A stretch of DNA of 64,000 bases from an uncultured Acidobacterium sp. (GTDB lineage: Bacteria > Acidobacteriota > Vicinamibacteria > Vicinamibacterales > UBA2999), in assembly GCA_964350785.1 (NCBI GenBank), contig CAYGMD010000001.1, forward strand, positions 6,853-70,852, in the 5' to 3' direction. A program made the position numbers and the translations under genes. Positions 45,559-53,736 of this stretch are shown piece after piece (position 1 is the stretch's first letter; every line of letters begins with the position of its first letter). The notes beneath the pieces were generated by a model that saw only the letters and a list, made by a program, of their open reading frames with translations, was not told the DNA's origin and ran no database searches.

Positions 45559-46928
45559 TGGCCAATGCCACGATCCTGATCGTCGACGACGAGCAGTTGA
45601 TCCGCTGGTCGCTGGCCAGCCGCCTGAAGGACGAAGGTTACCGGATCCTCGAAGCCGGCACCGCCGCCGAAGCCCTGTCGCAACACCGCGAGGGCGTCGA
45701 CCTGGTGCTGCTCGACATCGGCCTGCCCGACGCCAGCGGGTTGTCGGTGCTCAAGCAGATCAAGGAATCGGATCCCGATACGCTGGTCATCATGCTGACC
45801 GGCCAGACCGGCGTGCAGACCGCGGTCGAGGCGATGAAGAACGGCGCCTTTCATTACGCCAACAAGCCGTTCGATCTCGACGAGGTCGTGCTGCTGGTCG
45901 AGAAGGCGCTCGAGACGACGCAGTTGCGCCGCGAGGTCCGCACGCTGCGGGCCCGGCAGGCCCAGCCCTACGGCCCCGAAAGCATCGTCGGCGAAAGCGC
46001 GCCGATCGTGGCGGTGCGGGCCATGCTGCAGAAGATCGGCGTCAGCCCCGCGTCGACCGTGCTGCTGACCGGCGAGAGCGGCACCGGCAAGGACCTGGCC
46101 GCCAAGGTCATTCACTACAGCAGCAACCGCGCCGCGCGGCCGTTCATGAACATCACCTGCTCGGCGCTGCCCGAGACGCTGCTCGAAAGCGAGCTGTTCG
46201 GCCACGAGCGCGGCGCCTTCACCGGCGCCGACCGGCAGAAACGCGGCCTGCTCGAGTCGGCCGACGGCGGCACGGTGTTCCTCGACGAGATCGGCGAGAT
46301 GGTGCCGCTGCTGCAGGCCAAGCTGCTGCGGTTCCTCGAGGAGAAGTCGTTCAAGCGCGTGGGCGGCTCGGCCGACGTCAAGGTCGACGTGCGCGTGATC
46401 GCCGCGACCAACCGTTCGTTGCAGGAAGAGGTCAGGAAGGGCCACTTCCGCGAAGACCTGTTCTATCGCCTCAACGTGATGGCGGTGCCGCTGCCGCCGT
46501 TGCGCGAGCGGCGGGACGACATCCCGCGGCTGCTGCGCCACTACATCGACCTGTTCAACGTCGAGTTCCGCAAGAAGATCGTGGGCGTGTCGCCCGGCGC
46601 GATGAAGGCGCTGCAGGCCTACGCCTGGCCCGGCAACGTCCGCGAATTGCGCAACGCCGTCGAGCGGGCCATGCTGCTGACCGAGAGCGCCGAGTTGTCG
46701 GAGGCGCAGTTTGCCATGCTCGGGGCGCCGGAGGGCGAGTTGTCGACCGGCATGGGCTTGCCGGCCAGCGGTATCAACCTCGAGGAGCTCGAACGGTCGC
46801 TGGTGGTGCAGGCGCTCGAACGCAGCGGCTGGAACCAGACCAAGGCGGCGACGCTGCTCGGCCTCAACCGCGACCAGATCCGCTACCGCATCGAGAAGTT
46901 CAAGCTGGAGAAGGCAACTCCACGGTAA
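45558..46928 (+). CDS. sigma-54-dependent Fis-family response regulator (NtrC-type bEBP)
   Basis: REC domain (..ILIVDDEQLIRWSL.., ..LVLLDIGLPD..), AAA+ domain with ..GESGTGKD.. and the ..GAFTGA.. sigma-54 contact loop, and a C-terminal Fis-type HTH ..NQTKAATLLGLNRDQIRYRIEKF... Confidence 0.93.
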   Translation: MANATILIVDDEQLIRWSLASRLKDEGYRILEAGTAAEALSQHREGVDLVLLDIGLPDASGLSVLKQIKESDPDTLVIMLTGQTGVQTAVEAMKNGAFHYANKPFDLDEVVLLVEKALETTQLRREVRTLRARQAQPYGPESIVGESAPIVAVRAMLQKIGVSPASTVLLTGESGTGKDLAAKVIHYSSNRAARPFMNITCSALPETLLESELFGHERGAFTGADRQKRGLLESADGGTVFLDEIGEMVPLLQAKLLRFLEEKSFKRVGGSADVKVDVRVIAATNRSLQEEVRKGHFREDLFYRLNVMAVPLPPLRERRDDIPRLLRHYIDLFNVEFRKKIVGVSPGAMKALQAYAWPGNVRELRNAVERAMLLTESAELSEAQFAMLGAPEGELSTGMGLPASGINLEELERSLVVQALERSGWNQTKAATLLGLNRDQIRYRIEKFKLEKATPR

Positions 46929-47985
46929 CGGTCGTGCCGCCGCCCGGCGGACACGTCACGCTAATCCGGCCCTCGTGCAGTTCGACCAGGCGCTTGGCGG
47001 TGGCCAGGCCCAGGCCGGTGCCGCGCGCCTTGGTGGTCTTGAACGGGCGAAACAGCATGGCGCGGATTTCGGGGTGAATGCCCGGGCCCTGGTCAATGAC
47101 GTCCACCCGCAACCAGCCGTCCGCCGGCGTCATCGCCACCGTGATGGCGCCCTTGCCGTGCATGGCCTGCGCCGAGTTGATCAACAGGTTCTGAAACACG
47201 ATGGTCATCAGCAGCGGGTCGAGCGGCATGGCCGGGGCGTCGCCGGCGATGGTGACGTCGAGGCCGCCGAAGGCCGGGTCGGTCTTCAACAGGCCCACCA
47301 CCTCGGAGAGCAGGGCGCGCAGGTCGGTGGCCGCCGGCCTGGGCTGTGGCGGCCGCGCGAACACCAGCAGGTCCTGGATCAGGTTGTTCAGCGCGTCGAT
47401 GCGGGCGATGATCTCCTTGATGATGGCGCCGTCACCGCCGTCGCCTTTCATGCGCGAGCCGATTACCTGGATGGCGCCGCGCACGGCCGCCAGCGGGTTC
47501 TTGATTTCGTGGGCAATCACCGCGGCCATCTCGCCCAGGCGGGCCAGGGCGCTCGCCTCGCGCAGGCGGTCCTCGAGCTCGGCCCGGCTCGACAGGTCAT
47601 GCAGGATGCCGGTGAAGTGCGGCTCGCCGTCAATCTCCATGCGGCCGACCGACAGGTGCAGGGGGAAGGTGTGGCCGTCCTTGCGGCGGCCGGTCACGGC
47701 CCGGCCGATGCCGATGATCTTGCGCTCGCCGGTGCGGAGGTGGTTCGCCAGGTAGCCGTCATGTTGCGAGTGATCCGGCTCGGGCATCAGGATGCTGACG
47801 TTGCGGCCTGTCGCCTCGGCCTCGCTGTACCCGAACATCTGCTGGGCCGCGGCGTTGAACACCTCAATGCGGCCTTTCGAGTCGATCACGATAATGCCGT
47901 CGACGGCGGCGTCGATCACGGCGCGCCAGCGCGCCTCGGCAATGCGGCCGGCGTCCATCAGCTTGTGCGGTTCGGTTTCACTCAT
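46900..47985 (-). CDS. FixL-like haem-PAS sensor histidine kinase (cytoplasmic)
   Basis: The PAS region ..GIIVIDSKGRIEVFNAAAQQMFGYSEAEATGRNVSILMPEPDHSQHDGYLANHLRTGERKIIGIGRAVTGRRKDGHTFPLHLSVG..GEPHFTGILHDL.. closely parallels my recollection of the Bradyrhizobium FixL haem-PAS domain, including the proximal His in ..SQHD... H-box ..AHEIKNPL... N/G1/G2 boxes are present. Confidence 0.85.
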   Translation of the reverse strand: MSETEPHKLMDAGRIAEARWRAVIDAAVDGIIVIDSKGRIEVFNAAAQQMFGYSEAEATGRNVSILMPEPDHSQHDGYLANHLRTGERKIIGIGRAVTGRRKDGHTFPLHLSVGRMEIDGEPHFTGILHDLSSRAELEDRLREASALARLGEMAAVIAHEIKNPLAAVRGAIQVIGSRMKGDGGDGAIIKEIIARIDALNNLIQDLLVFARPPQPRPAATDLRALLSEVVGLLKTDPAFGGLDVTIAGDAPAMPLDPLLMTIVFQNLLINSAQAMHGKGAITVAMTPADGWLRVDVIDQGPGIHPEIRAMLFRPFKTTKARGTGLGLATAKRLVELHEGRISVTCPPGGGTTVTVELPSPA

Positions 47986-48002
47986 GCGGGGTTCTCACAA
48001 CG

Positions 48003-48037
48003 AATAGCAGATTGCAGCGGGTTTGTAATCGGCTATT
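48003..48037. promoter_or_regulatory. imperfect 35-bp palindrome just upstream of the kinase start
   Basis: AATAGCAGATTGCAGCGGGTTTGTAATCGGCTATT. Outer arms are AATAGC/GCTATT and inner arms GATTGCA/TGTAATC. GC is low here. Confidence 0.4.
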
Positions 48038-48089
48038 TGTTGGGACCCTCGCGCAGGCGCCCCTGCCGGGAAGTTAGGGCCATCGGCGT

Positions 48090-48524
48090 CTACGAGTTGT
48101 CCCACTCTTCCTCCCCGCGGGCCTTGCGCACCTCGCGATTGGACTTGTGTTCGGGCGTGCGGGCCAGCAGGTCCAGCAGGTCGGAAACCGTCACGATGCC
48201 GGCGACCTTGCCGTTGGCCGAAGTCACCACCAGCGATCCGACCGAGCGGCCCTTCATCAGCGTGGCCGCCCGCCGGATCGGCGTGCGGGTGGTCACGGTC
48301 AGCACCGGGCTGGTCATGAGGTCGCCCACCGTCCACTGGCCCAGCACCTTGGGCAACTTCGCGCCGCCGAGATCCCGATCAGAGACGATGCCCTGAAGTC
48401 TGGCGCCGTCGGTCACCACCAGATGGTGAATCTTCTTTTGCCGCATGCGAGTCTTCGCTTCGGACGCAGCCACCTTCGGCTTGACGGTCTCAACGGCCTT
48501 GCTCATCACTTCGTAGACTCTCAT
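48090..48524 (-). CDS. CBS-pair domain protein
   Basis: Start is MRVYEVMSKAVETV.. after AGGAGAG. There are two CBS motifs (..HHLVVTDGARLQGIVSDRDL.. and ..GSLVVTSANGKVAGIVTVSDLL..). Confidence 0.85.
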   Translation of the reverse strand: MRVYEVMSKAVETVKPKVAASEAKTRMRQKKIHHLVVTDGARLQGIVSDRDLGGAKLPKVLGQWTVGDLMTSPVLTVTTRTPIRRAATLMKGRSVGSLVVTSANGKVAGIVTVSDLLDLLARTPEHKSNREVRKARGEEEWDNS

Positions 48525-48561
48525 CGCGACTCTCCTGGATAAGGTGTCTGGGGCGAGGAGG

Positions 48562-48577
48562 TGCAAAGTCGCTGCCG
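48562..48577 (-). promoter_or_regulatory. weaker sigma-54-like element upstream of the CBS gene
   Basis: Minus strand reads CGGCAG-CGACT-TTGCA, about 40-55 nt upstream of the ATG at 48524. Confidence 0.4.
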
Positions 48578-48695
48578 TCGCGCGTCAGGGGAATGCGGCC
48601 CGCGGCCCCTTCCCGGACGCGAGGAATACTCCCCAAGATGGGGGGTTTTTCCCTCTGGATCTGCGCTATCGGTGTCACCTGTGGCTCGTGGCGGT

Positions 48696-48711
48696 TGGCA
48701 TGGAGGATGCT
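48696..48711 (+). promoter_or_regulatory. candidate sigma-54 (-24/-12) promoter
   Basis: TGGCAT-GGAGG-ATGCT, 22 nt upstream of the ATG at 48733. Confidence 0.5.
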
Positions 48712-48732
48712 CTGTGTGCAGGCGAGAGCGCC

Positions 48733-49191
48733 ATGTTGAGGATCTTCGCCATCAGCGTGTTGGGATTCGTGCTCGTTCAGGGGAGCGCGGCGGCACAGAC
48801 ACCGCAGGAACAGGACCGTATCCTCCGGATGTTCCAGCAAAGCGTCGCCACGGCCGCCGCCATCAAGGACCCGCACATTTTCACCCTGCCTGTGGCGACG
48901 GTCTTCCGCCAGGTGATCGCCAGGACCCTGGACGAGCAGCCCCACGTTTCGCACCTGGCCGGCGCCGGCACCAAGTTGCCGCTCGCGCACCACCCGGTGG
49001 TGTTCGAGCCGTTCCCAGCCACGGAACTGCATGAGTTCCCGGCGCTGCTGGAACGGGCGCTGCCCCCCCTTCCCCCGGGGCTCGAGTACCGGTTGATCGG
49101 CAACGACCTGGTGCTGCGCGCGGTTGGGGACGATGTGATTGTCGCGGTGTTGCGCGACGCGGTCGGCCGCGCCGTCACCACCCGGCGTTGA
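48733..49191 (+). CDS. secreted hypothetical protein (paralogue of 25860..26474)
   Basis: MLRIFAISVLGFVLVQGSAAAQ signal peptide. ..ALPPLPPGLEYRLIGNDLVLR.. is shared with the 26-kb ORF. Confidence 0.6.
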   Translation: MLRIFAISVLGFVLVQGSAAAQTPQEQDRILRMFQQSVATAAAIKDPHIFTLPVATVFRQVIARTLDEQPHVSHLAGAGTKLPLAHHPVVFEPFPATELHEFPALLERALPPLPPGLEYRLIGNDLVLRAVGDDVIVAVLRDAVGRAVTTRR

Positions 49192-49209
49192 GAGCGCAAA
49201 GGAGGCGTC

Positions 49210-49458
49210 ATGCCGGCCCAAGTCAGTGAACCCTGCACGGTGTATGTGTTCGATCGATCGCCGGCGAGCGCGCTCGAGCTCCGCATCCGCGGTGAGTTCC
49301 GCGAGATGCCGGGCATGCGCCTGAAGGCGGAACAGGCCATGCGCCTGTGGTCGATCGATCACGCCACCTGCCAGCAGGCCCTGGACGACCTGGTCCGGGA
49401 AGGCTTTCTGCAGCGCGACGCCATGGGCCGCTACGCGCGTGCACACAGCGGCTATTGA
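49210..49458 (+). CDS. small hypothetical protein, possibly winged-helix-like
   Basis: AAGGAGG 6 nt upstream. 82 aa. ..MPGMRLKAEQAMRLWSIDHATCQQALDDLVREGFLQRDAMGRY... Confidence 0.5.
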   Translation: MPAQVSEPCTVYVFDRSPASALELRIRGEFREMPGMRLKAEQAMRLWSIDHATCQQALDDLVREGFLQRDAMGRYARAHSGY

Positions 49459-49476
49459 CCGCATCGGAGAAACGTC

Positions 49477-50031
49477 ATGCGCACACTTCCCGCACTCGCC
49501 GCCGCCCTGGCCCTGGCCGCAACCGCCGCCTGCGCCAGCATGAGCGTCAGCTCTCACATCGAGCGCGGCGTCAACTTCGCCGAGTACGTGACCTGGGACT
49601 GGAGCCCGCCCGACAACCTGCCGGTCGGCGATCCCCGCCTCGACAACAACCCATTCTTCAACGACTACCTGCAGGGCGCCGTCGAGAAGCAGCTCACGGC
49701 CAAGGGCTTCACCCGCGTGGCCGAAGGCCGGCCCGCCGACCTGGTGGTGCACTACCACGCCAGCGTCAACCAGCGGCTCGACGTCTATCGCGCCGACCAG
49801 GAGTACGGCTACTGCTACGGCGACTGCCGGCCGCAGGTCGTCGACTTCGAACAAGGCACGCTGGTGATCGACATCGTCGACGTCAAGACCAAGAAGGTGG
49901 TGTGGCGCGGCTGGGCGCAGGACACGATGACGGGGATCATCGACAACCAGGGCCGCCTGGAGGAGCAGGTGGACGAAGGCGTGACGAAGATGTTCCAGTT
50001 GCTGCCGCGCGGAGGAGCGGCGCTGCGCTAG
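49477..50031 (+). CDS. DUF4136-family lipoprotein
   Basis: Lipobox ..LAATAAC... ..ADLVVHYHAS.. and ..GTLVIDIVDVKTKKVVWRGWA.. are typical of DUF4136. Confidence 0.75.
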   Translation: MRTLPALAAALALAATAACASMSVSSHIERGVNFAEYVTWDWSPPDNLPVGDPRLDNNPFFNDYLQGAVEKQLTAKGFTRVAEGRPADLVVHYHASVNQRLDVYRADQEYGYCYGDCRPQVVDFEQGTLVIDIVDVKTKKVVWRGWAQDTMTGIIDNQGRLEEQVDEGVTKMFQLLPRGGAALR

Positions 50032-50032
50032 G

Positions 50033-50060
50033 AAAGTGAAAAGTGAGAAGTGAGAAGTGG
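50033..50060. repeat. 4 x 7-bp tandem repeat (A/G)AAGTGA between convergent genes
   Basis: GAAAGTGA AAAGTGA GAAGTGA GAAGTGG. It shares the AAGTGAGAAG core with the hairpin at 43912..43956. Confidence 0.6.
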
Positions 50061-50062
50061 GT

Positions 50063-50761
50063 TTACACCGTGCGGCCAACGGCCCAGCCGGCCAGCGCGG
50101 TGAGACCCATGGCGAGCGCGCCCCATAACGTCACGCGCCATGCTGCGCGACCGGGGGGCGCGCCGCCGACTCTCGCCGCCACCGCCCCCAGCACCCACAG
50201 CAACACCAGCGACGCGACGGCAATCAGCGTTTGCGCCTGGGCCGCCGGCACCACCACCGCCACCAGGATCGGCAGAGTGGCGCCCACGGCAAAGCTTGCC
50301 GCCGAGGCGAGCCCGGCCTGCACTGGGTGGGCGGCCATCGTCTCGCTCAGTCCCAGTTCATCGCGCGCGTGAGCGCCCAGCGCGTCGACCGCGGTCAGCT
50401 TGCGCGCCACCTGATCGGCCAGGCCTTGATCCAGCCCCCGCTTGACGTAGATCGCGGAGAGTTCCCGCAATTCAAACTCCGGGTCGTCGGCCAGCTCCTG
50501 CCGCTCGCGGGCGAGTTCGGCCCGCTCGGTGTCGGCCTGTGAGCTGACCGACACGTACTCGCCGGCCGCCATCGACGCGGCGCCGGCCATCAGGCCCGCG
50601 ACGCCCGCCACCAGCGTGTCGCGCGGGTTCGACGAGGCGGCGGCCACGCCCAGCATCAGGCTCGCGGTCGAGATGATGCCGTCGTTGGCGCCGAGCACGG
50701 CTGCGCGCAGCCAGCCGATGCTGCCGGTGCGGTGCGACTCCTCTGCCGCGTGCGGGATCAT
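50063..50761 (-). CDS. VIT1/CCC1-family iron/manganese transporter
   Basis: Start is MIPHAAEESHRTGSIGWLRAAVLGANDGIISTASLMLGVA.., aa 106 of ORF 50063..51076. ..AGEYVSVSSQ.. motif and C-terminal TM helices. Confidence 0.85.
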   Translation of the reverse strand: MIPHAAEESHRTGSIGWLRAAVLGANDGIISTASLMLGVAAASSNPRDTLVAGVAGLMAGAASMAAGEYVSVSSQADTERAELARERQELADDPEFELRELSAIYVKRGLDQGLADQVARKLTAVDALGAHARDELGLSETMAAHPVQAGLASAASFAVGATLPILVAVVVPAAQAQTLIAVASLVLLWVLGAVAARVGGAPPGRAAWRVTLWGALAMGLTALAGWAVGRTV

Positions 50762-51046
50762 GTCGATCGCGAGGCTAACATGGGCGTCAGAAATCGTGCA
50801 TGGCGGCCGGCGGGAACGCGGCCCTGAGTGCGATCGCTCGCATGCGCCGCGAGAGGTGCATGAACTCGTCGACCTTCTTGAGCGGCGCCAGCAAAGGTAC
50901 TCGCCGAGCCACAACGAGGTGAGCCGTGGGGATCCTCCGAGATTCCGGAGTCCTGGTGACGGCGGAAGAGGGGATCTTTCCGCGAATTCTTGAAATATTC
51001 CCCGCATTTTCGCGGCTTGGGGCGGACCCCACGGCGAGCGAGCAGG

Positions 51047-51062
51047 CGGCTGGATTCTTGCA
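51047..51062 (+). promoter_or_regulatory. weak sigma-54-like element upstream of the cytochrome locus
   Basis: CGGCTG-GATTC-TTGCA, about 100 nt upstream of the ATG at 51160. Confidence 0.35.
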
Positions 51063-51159
51063 GTAGTGACCAGCAACCAGCATCGATGGTGGGCAATCCG
51101 GACCGAACGTGTCCGGCATAGGAATTGATGGCGTCCGCCAAATCAGGAGCGAGGATCCA

Positions 51160-51510
51160 ATGATCAATTTAAACCGTCTCGGTTGGCTGGCAGTAGTCGC
51201 GCTGATCGGATCGCCGCTGGCGGCGCCCAGCGCGGCGGCCCAGACCCCGGCAGAGAAAGGCGCGGCTGTGTTTGCGGCGCAGAAGTGCTCGCTCTGCCAT
51301 TCGCTGGACGGCAAGGGCAACGCGAAGGGCGTCCTCGACGGCGTCGGCACGAAGTTGACGGCGGCCGAGATTCGCCAGTGGATCGTGACGCCGGCCGAGA
51401 TGGCCGCCAAGGCGAACGCGACCCGGAAGCCGGCGATGAAAGCCTTCCCGAACCTGGCGAAAGACGACCTCGACGCCCTGGTTGCGTTCCTCTCGTCGAA
51501 GAAGAAATAG
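51160..51510 (+). CDS. monohaem class-I cytochrome c, exported
   Basis: Start is MINLNRLGWLAVVALIGSPLAAPSAAA. One CSLCH motif and a distal ..KPAMKAF... Confidence 0.85.
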   Translation: MINLNRLGWLAVVALIGSPLAAPSAAAQTPAEKGAAVFAAQKCSLCHSLDGKGNAKGVLDGVGTKLTAAEIRQWIVTPAEMAAKANATRKPAMKAFPNLAKDDLDALVAFLSSKKK

Positions 51511-51552
51511 CATTTTTCTGTCGTCGTACTCTTACTTGTTTTCGGAGGCGTT

Positions 51553-51888
51553 ATGTTGCGGTTCTGCTCACTGACACTGATGATCCTCTTCGGCGCCCTG
51601 GTCCTGTCGGCCAGCCCGGCATCCGCGCAGGCCGACGGCGCGAAAGTCTACGCAGCGCAGAAGTGCTCGATGTGCCATTCGGTTGCCGGCGTCGGCAACA
51701 AGAAGCTGCCGCTCGATGGCGTCGGCACGAAGCTGAGCGCCGATCAGATCCGCGAGTGGATCGTCACCCCTGCCGAGGCCGCGAAGAAGGCCAACTCGAC
51801 GGCCAAGCCGGCCATGCGGGCGTATGCCTCGCTGCCGAAGGCCGATGTGGATGCGCTGGTCGCCTACATGAAGTCGCTCACCAAGTAG
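51553..51888 (+). CDS. monohaem class-I cytochrome c, exported (paralogue)
   Basis: Signal peptide, CSMCH and ..KPAMRAY... Shares ..LDGVGTKL.A..IR.WIVTPAE.A.KAN.T.. with the upstream gene. Confidence 0.85.
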   Translation: MLRFCSLTLMILFGALVLSASPASAQADGAKVYAAQKCSMCHSVAGVGNKKLPLDGVGTKLSADQIREWIVTPAEAAKKANSTAKPAMRAYASLPKADVDALVAYMKSLTK

Positions 51889-51895
51889 GTGATGC

Positions 51896-52921
51896 ATGTC
51901 GGCCCGGTTCGTGTTCGTGGTTGGTGCGCTCGCGGTCTGCCTGCTGGCAGCCGCGGCGCCCGCCGCAGCGCCGGCGGCGCCCGCTGACGACGACTGCCTG
52001 GCGTGTCACGGCGACAGCACGGCGACTCGAGCCAACGGCTCGAGCGTCGCGGTGGCGCCGGACCTGCTCGCCAAGTCGGTCCACGGCACGCTCACCTGCG
52101 TGAGCTGTCATGCCGGCCTGGCCAAGACCACCGAGTGGCCGCATCCCGAGAAAGTCGAGGCGGTCGCCTGCTCGACCTGCCACGGGCAGGAAGGCAGCAA
52201 CTACGACGACAGCGTGCACGGCCGGGCCGTCCTCAAGAGCGGCCTGGCGGTCGCGCCCCGCTGCGGCACCTGCCACGGCACCCACAACATCCAGCCCCCA
52301 TCCAACACCGACAGCAGCGTCCATCGCGCCAGGATCGTCGGCACCTGCACGACGTGCCACGAGGGCATTGCGCCGTGGTACGCGAAGAGCGTGCACGCGC
52401 AGCCGCTCGGGCCCGCGGGCGGCGCGGCGGCGGTGTGCTCCGACTGCCATACCGCGCATCGGATCCAGCGCGGCGACACCGACGGCTGGCGCCTGGCGGT
52501 GATCGACGAATGCGGCACGTGCCACTTACAGCGCATCTCGTCGTACCGCGACAACTTCCATGGCCAGAAGACCACGCTCGGCTCGACCCGCACCGCCACC
52601 TGCAGCAGCTGCCACGATCATCACGCGATCCTGCCGGCGGGCAATCCGGCCTCGACCGTCGCGCCGCAGAATCTCGTGGCCACCTGCCGCGGCTGCCATC
52701 CGCAGGCGAGCGCCGCGTTCGTCAAGTACGACCCGCACGCCGACAAGCACGACCCGGTCCGCAGCGCGCCGGTCTACTGGACCTATCGGTCCATGCAGGT
52801 GCTGCTGCTCGGGGTGTTCGCGTTTTTCGGGGCGCACACGCTGCTCTGGTTCCCGCGGTCGTACCGGGCGCGGCGTGAGCGGCGCGCGGCCGCGGCGGCC
52901 ACAGGGGACACCTCATCATGA
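51896..52921 (+). CDS. nonahaem c-type cytochrome with a C-terminal TM helix
   Basis: Signal peptide. Nine CxxCH motifs (CLACH, CVSCH, CSTCH, CGTCH, CTTCH, CSDCH, CGTCH, CSSCH, CRGCH). TM ..VLLLGVFAFFGAHTLLWF... Confidence 0.85.
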   Translation: MSARFVFVVGALAVCLLAAAAPAAAPAAPADDDCLACHGDSTATRANGSSVAVAPDLLAKSVHGTLTCVSCHAGLAKTTEWPHPEKVEAVACSTCHGQEGSNYDDSVHGRAVLKSGLAVAPRCGTCHGTHNIQPPSNTDSSVHRARIVGTCTTCHEGIAPWYAKSVHAQPLGPAGGAAAVCSDCHTAHRIQRGDTDGWRLAVIDECGTCHLQRISSYRDNFHGQKTTLGSTRTATCSSCHDHHAILPAGNPASTVAPQNLVATCRGCHPQASAAFVKYDPHADKHDPVRSAPVYWTYRSMQVLLLGVFAFFGAHTLLWFPRSYRARRERRAAAAATGDTSS

Positions 52922-53736
52922 CCTCCGGCGCCCGTCACATCGTCCGGTTCAAGCCGTATCAGCGGGCGATGCACTTCGTCCTGTTCACCAGCTTTCTCGG
53001 CCTGGCGGCGACCGGCCTGCCGTTGATGTTCAGCGACCGCCCATGGGCGGGCACGCTGGCGCGCGGCCTCGGCGGCATCCAGATGGCCGGCGTGCTGCAC
53101 CGGATCTTCGCGGTGATGCTGCTGGCGCTGTTCGCGGGCCATCTCGCCGAGTTGGCGTGGCGGCTCACGCGGCGCAAGGAGCACGGCCTGCTGTGGGGGC
53201 CGACCTCGATGATCCCGCAGCCGCACGACGCGGTGCAGATCTGGCAGCACGTCCTGTGGTTCGTCGGCAAGGCCGCGCGGCCCCACTTCGACCGCTTCAC
53301 CTACTGGGAGAAGTTCGATTACTGGGCCGTCGTCTGGGGCATGGTCATCATCGGCGGATCGGGACTGTTGCTCTGGTTCCCGGAATTCTTCGCCACGTTT
53401 TTCCCGGGCTGGATCTACAACGTGGCACTGATCCTGCACGGTGAAGAAGCCCTTCTGGCGACGGGCTTTATCTTCACGATACATTTCTTCAACAGCCACT
53501 TCCGGCCCGAGAAGTTCCCGATGGACATGGTGATGTTCACGGGGCGGGTGACCGAGGAGGAGCTGCGGAGCGAGCGCCCCGCCGAGTACGCGCGGATGGC
53601 GAACGACGGCACGCTCGACACGCTGGTGTCACCGCCCGCCCCCGGCTGGCTTTCGCTGGCCGGCCGCGTGGTCGGCGGCGCGGCCGTGGCTCTCGGTCTC
53701 GTGTTGCTGGTGTTCATCCTTGTGGGGACGTACTAA
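52918..53736 (+). CDS. b-type cytochrome membrane subunit (FdnI/HydC/Ni-Fe-hydrogenase cytochrome b-like)
   Basis: ATGA overlap with the nonahaem gene. ..IVRFKPYQRAMHFVLFTSFLGLAATGLPL.. resembles the family N-terminal motif. About 5 TM helices with His in TM1, TM2 and TM4/5. Confidence 0.75.
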   Translation: MTSGARHIVRFKPYQRAMHFVLFTSFLGLAATGLPLMFSDRPWAGTLARGLGGIQMAGVLHRIFAVMLLALFAGHLAELAWRLTRRKEHGLLWGPTSMIPQPHDAVQIWQHVLWFVGKAARPHFDRFTYWEKFDYWAVVWGMVIIGGSGLLLWFPEFFATFFPGWIYNVALILHGEEALLATGFIFTIHFFNSHFRPEKFPMDMVMFTGRVTEEELRSERPAEYARMANDGTLDTLVSPPAPGWLSLAGRVVGGAAVALGLVLLVFILVGTY

